A DNA stretch of 20,000 nucleotides, taken from the NCBI GenBank assembly GCA_009602725.1, contig WELB01000003.1:1058547-1078546 (forward strand), given 5' to 3'. Every line of letters begins with the position of its first letter. The first letter of the stretch is position 1. The DNA is from Spirogloea muscicola (taxonomy: Eukaryota). Of the stretch, positions 1 through 9,000 are shown in pieces. The notes beneath the pieces are model-generated. The model was not told where the DNA came from. It saw only the letters and a program-made list of their open reading frames with translations, and made no database searches. Position numbers and translations under genes: made by a program.

Positions 1-1586
1 GATTCGGGGTCGGCAACACATGGTCCGGCATCACCATCATCAGGCGCTGCCTTTACGGCACGCCGGATGCCGCAGGCGATTGAGGTTCCATCACGGAACC
101 TGGACGCATGTTGGTATCTTTGGCGGTGCGACCTGGGGAGGCCGACGTCCGGTCCAGCCTGGTTGCCACCTGGCGCTGCTTCGACGTCACGCCGGATGCA
201 TGCAGACGAGTAGAGGATTCTATCACGGGCTGCCACGCGGCGGCGACGATGCCGGCAGCGCCTGGTGAAGCTAAGGTCGGGGGGTTGGCTTCACCCCGGT
301 CTGGCCCCAGTGTCGCCAGGCTCTCGCTGCCTTTTCAGCAACCCCGGATGCCGCAGACGATTTAAGATTTCCAACACCGAACCTAGACGCACGTCGGGAT
401 CTATGAATGGCGCAGCCTGGGGTCGGCCACACCCGGTCGGGCACCAGAGTCGCTAGGCGTTGCCTTCACGGCACCGCGGATGCCGCAGACGATTGAAGCT
501 TATATCACGTTACCTTGGCGCACGTTAAAATTTCTGCCGGTCTTAGTGTTGCCAGGCGCTGCCTTCACGGAACCCCGGATGCCGCAGACGATTGAAGATT
601 TACATCACGATTGAAGATTTACATCACGAGACCCTTATGCATGTGGGGATCTTTGACTACGCGCAAGCAGGAAAGATGCCATCACCAAAAAACAGATGCA
701 CGTGGGCATCCATGAGCGCACATTGACGGTTGCGGGCGGGGATCGGTTACACCCGGTCTGGCCCCAGTGTCACCAGGCGTGCCTTTACGGCAACCCGGAT
801 GCCGCAGACGATTAGATTCCAGCACGATACCTCAATGCAAGTTGGAAACATTGACGGCGCGGCCTGGGGGCGGCCTCACCCGGTCATCGGATGCCGCAGA
901 CGATAGAAGATTCCAACACCGAATGTGAACGCACTTCGGAATGTATGAACGGCGCACCAGGGGTCGGCCTCACCCGGTCGGGCCCCAGGATCGCCAGGCG
1001 CTGCCTTCACGGATGCCGCAGAAGATTGATGCTAATATTACGATACCTTGACGCACGTTAAAACTTCTGCCGGCGCAAGCTGGGGTCGGCCCCACCCGGT
1101 CCGGTCTCAGTGTCGCCAGGCGCTCGCTGCCTTCACGAAACCCCGAATGCCGCAGACGATTCAAGATAATAGCAAGATACTCTGATGCACGTGGGAATGT
1201 TTGACGGCGTCGCCAGGCGCTGCCTTCACAACAAGCCGGATTCCGCAGACGATAAAAGATTCCATCACGAAAGCTAGACGCCAGTTGGGCTCGATTACGG
1301 CTCGACCTGGGGTCGGCTTGATCGGGTCTGGCCTCAGTGTCGCCAGGCGCTGCCTTTACGGCACGCCAGATACCGCACCGCAGAAAATTGAGACTCCGCA
1401 CCTTGACGCAGGTGGGCATCTGTGATGGTCAAACCGGGGGTCGGTTTCACCCGGTTCAGTCCTGGTGTTGTCAGTCCGGATGCCGCAGACGATCAAAGAG
1501 TCTATCACGATACATTGACGCAAGCTGGGATCTCTGACCGCGCGGACTGGGGTCGGCCTCATCCAGTTTGGCCCCAAATGCGCCAG
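1..1586 (+). repeat. Diverged ~129-bp tandem satellite, left arm (about 12 monomers, continues beyond window start)
   Basis: Recurrent monomer, approximate consensus GGGGTCGGCTTCACCCGGTCTGGCCCCAGTGTCGCCAGGCGCTGCCTTTACGGCACGCCGGATGCCGCAGACGATTGAAGATTCCATCACGATACCTTGACGCACGTGGGGATCTTTGACGGCGCGGCCT. The landmark GATGCCGCAGACGA or variants occurs at ~66, 195, 347, 479, 578, 798, 890, 1012, 1146, with indels. Confidence 0.95.
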
Positions 1587-3585
1587 CCGACACTGGGGCC
1601 GAATCGGGTGAAGCCGACCCCTGGCCGAGCCGTCATAGATCCCCAGTTGCGTCCAGGTTTTAAGATTGAATCTTGAATCGCTGCAAAATCCGGCGTGCCG
1701 TAAAGGCAGCGGCAGTCCACGCTGGGGCCGGATTGGGTGAAGCCGACCCCTGGCCGAGCCGTCATTGATCCCCACTTGCGTCCAGGTTCAAGATTGAATC
1801 TTGAGTCGTCTGCAACATCCGGCGTGCCGTAAAGGCAGCGCCAGGCCACGCTGGGGCCGGATTGGGTGAAGCCGACTCGAGTCCGCGCCGTTAAAGATCC
1901 CAACGTGCGTTAACATATCGTAATGGACTCTACAATCGCTTGCGGCTTCTGGCGTGCCGTGAAGGCAGCGGTTGGCAACACCGGGACCGAACCGGGTGAA
2001 GCCGTGCCCCGGTTGCACCGTCATAGATTCCCACGTGCGTCAAGGTTTCTTTGATGGAATCTCAATCGTCTGCGGTATCTGGCGTGAAGGCAGCGCCTGG
2101 CGACATTGACGCCGGACCGGACCAAGCCAACCCCAGGTCGGGCCGTGATGATCCCAACTGGCGTCTAGCTTTCGTGATGAAAAAATTCTGCCGTCTGCGG
2201 AATCCGGCTTGGTGTGAAGGCAGCGCCTGGCGACGCTAGGGGCAGGACCGGGTGGGGCCGATCCAAGGCCGCGCCGTCAAAGATCCCCACGTGCATCAGG
2301 GTATCGTGAAGTATTCTTGAATCGTCTGCGGCATGCGGGGGTTTTGTTAGGCAGCGCCTGACGACACTGGGACCGGACCGGGTGGGGCCGACCCCAGGGT
2401 GCGCCGGCAGAATCGTCAACGTGCGTCAAGGTATCGTGATATATATAAGCTTCAATCGTCTGCGGCATCCGGGGTTGCCGTTGAAGGCAGCGACTGGCGA
2501 CTCTAGGGCCCGACCGGGTGAGACACGCCTCTAGAAATCCCCATGTGCGTCAAGGTATCGTGATGGAATCTTCAATCGTCTGCGGCGTCCGGCTTGCCCG
2601 AAAGGCTGCGCCTTGCGAAGCTGGAACCGGACCTGGTGATGCCGACCCCAGGCCAAGCCGTCACAGATCCCCATGTGCGTCCCGGTTCCGTGACGGAATA
2701 GTGAATCGTTTGCGGCATCCGGCGTGCCGTAAAGGCAGTGCCTGGTGACCTTGAGGCCAAACTGGATGAAGCCTACCCCAGTTCACAGATCCCCACGGGC
2801 CCAAAAAACCGTGATGGAATTTTAAATCGTCTGCGGCATCCGGGGTGTCTAAAAGGCAGTCCCTGGCGACACCTAGGCCGGCCCGGGTTGAGCCGACACC
2901 AGGCGATACAGTCCATGATCCCCACGTGCGTTGGTTCGCTTGTGGGAATCGTCTGCGGCATCCGGGGTGCCGTAAAGGCAGCGCCTGGCGACACTGGGGC
3001 CGGACGGGGTGAAGCCGACCCCCGGCTGCACCGTCATAGATTCCCTTGTGCGTTCATAGACCCCCACTTGCATCGGGGTTCGGTGATGAACTTTTAATCG
3101 TCTGCAGCATCTGGCGTGCTGTGAAGGCAGCGCCTGGAGACAATGAGGCCGGCCCGGGTGGAGCCGACCCCAAGTCGCTACGCTAAGGATCCCCATTCGC
3201 GTCAAGGTTTCGATAAAAAATCTTGAGCGTCTGCGATATGCCATAAAGGTAGCGCCTGGCTACGATGGGGCCGGACCGGTTGAAGCTGACCCCAGATCTT
3301 GGCGACAAAGATCCCCACATGCGTCGGGATATCTTCTGCGGAATCTTCAATCGTCTGCGGCATCCGGCGCACCAGGCAGCCCCTGGCGACACTGAAGCCG
3401 GACCGGGTAAAGCCGACACCGGGTTGCACCGTCATAGATACCCACGGGCGTCCAGGATCGGTGATGGAATCTTCAGTCGTCTGTGGCATCCGGCTTGCCA
3501 TCAAGGCAGCACCTGGTGACGATGGGGTCGGACCGGGTGACGCCGACCCCGGTTCGCACCGCCTCGTTCCCCACGTACGTCCAGG
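1587..3585 (-). repeat. Same ~129-bp satellite in inverted orientation, right arm (about 15-16 monomers)
   Basis: The reverse-complement landmark AATCGTCTGCGGCATC or variants occurs at ~1677, 1805, 1934, 2064, 2190, 2320, 2454, 2574, 2704, 2825, 2947, 3096, 3226, 3349, 3476 (mean spacing ~128.5 bp). The array decays at ~3585. Confidence 0.95.
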
Positions 3586-6017
3586 GGCATCCGCCGTCGA
3601 CCGCCTCGGCGCCGCTCTAGCGTCACAAAAAATAAAAAAATTTGGCACAGTATTAATTTCGTTACGCTATAAATAGCCACTCTAAGATATGGCTTCCTAA
3701 TGTTGGTCCACTGTGGCACCACTCTTCCGCTGCCGCCCGAGGAGCCGAAAAATCCCGGGTAGCACCCGTGGGCTCGCGCCAACCGTCGATTAGCCTTGCT
3801 GTCCGATCGGACGGCGGATGCGCGTCCCAGCCCGAGCTGCCCGCCGGGCACGGCCGGCAGACGAGCGCCCGCCGCGCCCCCCTGCGGTGCTCTTTCGGAA
3901 ACTGATCTGCGTTTGTTGCCCAGTGTTATTGCTTCCATTCGCAGGAGTCACGAACTTATACTTCGTCTTCTGCGCCTCCTGGCCTCGTCGAAGCCTATCC
4001 ATGCCCTTCAAGCTGGCCTTCTATATAACCAACGCTCGACTCTGCTAAGCTAAAATTTTCTCTTCTGCCCATCTTAAGCCTACGGCTTCATTTACGTTCA
4101 GCCCCAGTATTTGAAGTAGCTTCTTCTGTGGGCTGGCTTCGCGCAGGCCTCGGCCCCTCTGGGGGTGCACCTTCTTCTTTGCATGAACAATGCACTCCTG
4201 CTGGCCTGACAATGCACTGCCCTTCGCAGGAGCGTCAATGAGGGTCAAGCGACGTGCACTCGTACCTCCAGAGAATGTAAGTGCCTCAGAACTCCACGAT
4301 CACGACCACGACCACGACAACAGCAGCCAAGTCTTGACCATGTGCGCCGGATGCCGCCAGTATTGGTAGATTAGCAGCAACGTGACTTTTGGAGTGTGAG
4401 TGCCCAGCCGGCACCAGCTCCACTAATAACCACATCTCCATGACATTGACAACCTTACGAAGCACCTGCAAAGCGTGGTATGCATAATCATGCTGATGGG
4501 GGTCAAATACGTCCTCTCGCTTTTGCCACTGCACAAGCAGAGCTACTCCGTGAAGCAAGCCGTCTAGTTGTAGACTTGGTGTTCTGCTCTCTGCCAACTT
4601 GTGTCTCTTGGGTTGTCTACAACAAAGACAGTTGCGCTCTCGACCAATACCTTCCTCTTCCATGGCAAAGTGCACTTGTGGGCTTGATTATATGGATGTA
4701 CTTCAATGAAGATGTGCGCAACTCAGCAGCTAGTGCTTGACCACAAGGAGAAGCTGTGCAATATGGTACCTACTCAAAGCATAACCCAACAGATCAAATG
4801 TGCTCTTTCATTGTGGTATGGCAATGCTCAGCAGGAGTTCTTGCTCTTGAAGTCCTAGCAAAGCCAGTGCCATTTGCCAAGACTCTGTGATACAAAGGAC
4901 CACAAGACCGGAATGTGCCCATTGTGCGCAGGCAGAGAGGAGGCAGAGGGCCAGATAGGGCGAGGCTTGAGTTTCTTTCAACTGCAGTGTCCCATTGTAC
5001 ATGTGTCCACCTCGTCAGACTCGATAACAGCATGTTCACAAGTTGGACGTCTCTGGTCCTGCAACAAGTAGCAGGCTAACAGCTGCAGCTGTTGCCCCTC
5101 TCTAGAGCAGGTGACGGGTTGTTAAGTATGTCACTGCAAGGGTAATCATAGCAGGTTTGCTTGCTCATCATGTGCATAGACTTCCTGGATCGAGGGCATG
5201 AATAATCTTACACGTGCAGAATGCTAAACTGCAGGAGATCATGCAAGGCAAAGAACCAAGACTGCTGTTAGACGTATGAAATCACTGTGTGCCTCACCTG
5301 GTCCTATTTGCAGACTGAACACATTAGCAAGTCATCACGTGTGATTTGTTCTGAATTGTCGTAGAGCTGCGGCATATGGCCAAAAAAAGGGGCACGCACA
5401 AGCAGCACCAGCTCAAACAGCAAGCTGGCACTGCCAAGATAGTACTTCAGACTTAGAAGCAGGCAGAAGTTAGCACACTGGGAAGTGCACGTACATCACA
5501 TCAAGACAATGTAATTTTCCCATTATAATCCCTTGGCCAACAAATTTATGTAGCAGAAAAAGTGGGAGCAACTTGCTGTCATTAGATTGACACCTGCAAA
5601 ACCAACTTTGTGAAGGAATGGGTAATCAGCACCCACTCATCTGCCTGTATGCCAACACTATGCTCCTTTGCAGCACATATACAGCCACTATCTTACGCTG
5701 GCACACCAAACATAAGTCCTTATTAAGGTTTGACTGTGACTTCTAGAACACCAGACAAACAAGCTGCCAACACTACTGAGGGCAACTTTGAAGATTAAGC
5801 AGAAGTCAACGCTGCCCCTCTTTTACCCATTATGTATATCAATGGTGTGTACATGAGGTTGTGGCCCTGCAGCTGTTCGTTTCTGCTCAGGGACCAGACT
5901 GAGGAACGCATTTTTTGAAGGCAAAGAATGTTTGGGTATTGTAAGTGGGCCAGGGAAGGAAAAGAAAGGTAGTGAGCAACCCAGGGGTATGTGATGATGG
6001 AAGAACATGTAAAGTCG

Positions 6018-9000
6018 TTAAATGCCGGAAAGAGCTAGCCAGGGGGGACGACTGGCAAGAAACCAGGCATTGTAGAGTGCAGTACGGCGCCCAAATTTCC
6101 ACCATAAAGGGGCTGCCGGCTTAGAGGCATGTGATCCAACATTGCCTCTCCAGAGTCTGCCACCTGCAGATGCCAAGACATTCCTCATTAGCTTAACCAT
6201 AGAGATCATGCTCTGAGCACAAATAAAGCAAACCCTAATGTGCTCAAGGTTTGTGCAATCCTGAAAGCCTCAAATTGGCGCTGCCCTCAACAATGCTTGG
6301 CTGCAGCTGGCTGCAGCTGGCATAATCCAAGGCCTATTGGCATTCCTGACCCTGCTTTGGTAGATAGAAGGCCTCCAGTCTTTCTGGGATCGCTGGCTAG
6401 CTAGCTAACCTTTCCTGATGGGAGAAGTAAATATCTTCCTCTTCCTCTTGTTCTTCTTAAAGCCCACCTCTGCTGCTGAAGCTCCTGCTTGTCGAGATGA
6501 AGGCATGTCGCCTCCATGTAGGCCTGCCTCCTTTCTGCCTTCGTCCATTCCTAGGTGTGAACCCCCATGGTTGTTTGCTTGTGGCAGCATCGCGGCAAGA
6601 GCTGGCCAGAAGGATGATTGTAATGAGCAGACCTCCGCAATGGTAGCACAACCTTCACTAGAAGGGTGCATTCTGGACGGCACCGGAGGTGGCTTGTTCC
6701 CAAGCAGCACCTGCAAGAGCGGAACTTCATGTGAGGGAATTGACCTTGCGACTTCACTTCTACAGGCAGGCATAAGATTACTCTCGTTAAGGCCAGGGCT
6801 TGTCACGAACTTCTGAGCCCGGGCCCATACCTTTACGACTGCAGCTGCGGAGGCGGAGATGGATCGCAAATTGTATCTGCAAACAGCAAAGCGGTCGAGC
6901 AATCCACGACACATCAGATAGTAGTGGCTCCTTGTCCCCTTTCCTTTCACTCTGATGGCTACAATTGTAAGGGCAAGTTTGGAGGCTAGCAATGATGCCA
7001 GTGTGTCACAGGCAATAATTTGGCAGTGATTTAACAAGCTGATGGATTTGCGGGAGCCTACCCTCCTTCCAGGACAACAAGCATTCGCCCTTGTGCCAGC
7101 GGCATGAGAAGGGATGCCATGTGAGCATATCCCTCTGGGGTAACCTGGCAAGGAAGAAGATCAGAGTGAGCAACCAGATGAGCATGTCCTGCTCCTCTCT
7201 AAGCAGCAGAAGAGGAAGCAGTTGTGAGCAACCACGTCTGAAGCATACAGCTTCTGCTACCTAAAATCTAGTAAGCAATTGTGCAAGTTGTAAGATAAGG
7301 CAGGATTATTTAATCAGCCTGAAAGAAGAGCCAGGACACTGACATCACAGGCTCCTAACGGGTCACCCCTTGCTGCGTCGAAGCCAGCAGAGATGATTGT
7401 CAAGTCTGGTGCAAATTGATAAGCTGCAAGACAAAGAGAATACAAACTGTCACACACACAAGGTGATTGACGGTACAATTTAAGAGGCACGGGCATCTGA
7501 GTTAATGAAGCGTCACATGCATTTGCAGATTACATGACATATGAGTGTGCAACCGGCTTGATCAAGCACAGCTAAAAAAGGACATAAGAAGGAATGCTGA
7601 TTTCAGGTAAATACTACTATCACCAATTCTATATCAGGACAACCTATGGGGAGAACCACATAAAAGAATGCAGCAAGGTAGTCATTGTCTCCTATGCCGC
7701 CCCGGCTCCAAGGAATGTTTACAGAGTAACCTTCTCCAGGACCAATGCCCACCTGAAATATGACAAGCTGAGATATCAGATATCTCCAAGGATTTGGTGA
7801 CAAGGCAGGGCAAACAGAGGCACAACAGTGTAGAATCATTGTTCAGAGGCTTTTCTTAAGGACCTCGTGGGCAGCTCCGGTGCCAGGGTAAAAATGCCCG
7901 CCGTCATGCCGATGTATGGATATGAACAAGACCTGCCAGAAGCAGATGCCATGGTAGAGGCAAGTCAACATTGAGCAAGTGACATGAGTCGTTGCAATGT
8001 AGTAACAAGAGTCAAAAATGCAATGTAAAAGGCAATGGGTTGTGAGACACAGCCTCTCAAAGCAAACATTGTGGTGATCGTAGCAACGACAAGTTGCTAG
8101 TAAGAAGAGCTTCTCACAGATGGATCTCTCTCAAAGATCCTCTGGGTCCCATTCCCATGGTGTACATCCTAGAAAAGAACAGGGCAGTCTTTCATGTAAG
8201 CTTCATCAAAATCCAATCAGAGCTGATGACCGCATGCTATAAGAAGTTGGATGTGAAGTACCCATGCCTGCTCAGTAACCATGCACTACACATTACCAAC
8301 TGGCATTCATAAAAATTACAGTAAGATCAAACCTCAACCTATGTAAGATGGGCTCACAGATTTGCGCTATTGCTTGGGCTTTGCCAGCTGGCATTTGTGC
8401 AACTTGCACCTAGCATTGGGCCAACTGCACTGGTACGAAAACCTTCAACTTAAGAGTGGCCAGCACTTACCCAATCTACAATGAGAATTTTCTTGGCTCC
8501 AGCCTCTTGTGCTGCTCTCGCAGCTACAGCCACGTTGTTGTGCAGACAAAAGCCCATCACGGCATCACCTTCAGCATGATGGCCTGGTGGTCTCACCTGT
8601 CGTCCCATGGTGATTGTGAGAGGCCTACGCCATAAGTCCTTCAAGCAGACACATAAAAGTGACTACTCGATTTTGGAAACTCGTGATTAGAGTGCTGGTA
8701 CTGACCAGTGCAACGCCGTTCCGAGCATCGCCCGTAGCTATTGCTACAGCCAGATCGACAGCGGACCCAGCTGCCAATCGTGCAGCCCTTGCAGAATACT
8801 GATTGGAGTACGTGTCTGGAGTGAAGTATCTGTAGACACAGGAACTTGCACCCATAAGGGTTCAACACATGGAATGGCTCTTCATGCAATAGCACCAATC
8901 TGACTATCGCAGGATCTTATTGCACACACGCTATGCACAAATTGCACAACCCATCCCTCCTGTTACTTGTCCGAGTTACTCTTCTGAGCATGTAAGAAAC

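Noticed and set aside
60..80. Resemblance of GCCGGATGC to enterobacterial REP elements, and of the monomer to ribozymes or SRP RNA
   Set aside because: Only a 9-bp match. The second REP arm, the hammerhead CUGAUGA/GAAA core and the SRP helix-8 consensus are all absent.
1..3585. CRISPR-like array of hairpin repeats
   Set aside because: The sequences between hairpins are homologous to each other rather than unique spacers. The repeats are degenerate, there are no cas genes, and the context is eukaryotic.
20..3676. Numerous 60-150 aa ORFs in the satellite
   Set aside because: They are by-products of a GC-rich repeat with a period near a multiple of 3. Frames break between monomers and no family motif is present.
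3670..3715. V(D)J-type RSS (CACAGTG heptamer on the minus strand)
   Set aside because: There is no ACAAAAACC-like nonamer at 12- or 23-bp spacing. The motif is kept only as a possible TE terminus.
3565..3720. snRNA gene (USE-like CCCACGT plus TATAAATA at 3668)
   Set aside because: The USE-like motif is part of the satellite, the spacing is wrong, and the downstream sequence matches no snRNA I recognise.
4286..5071. Minus-strand ORFs 4286-4675 and 4808-5002 in the same frame as a possible gene
   Set aside because: Four stops lie between them, close to chance expectation. There are no recognisable motifs or consistent exon chain.
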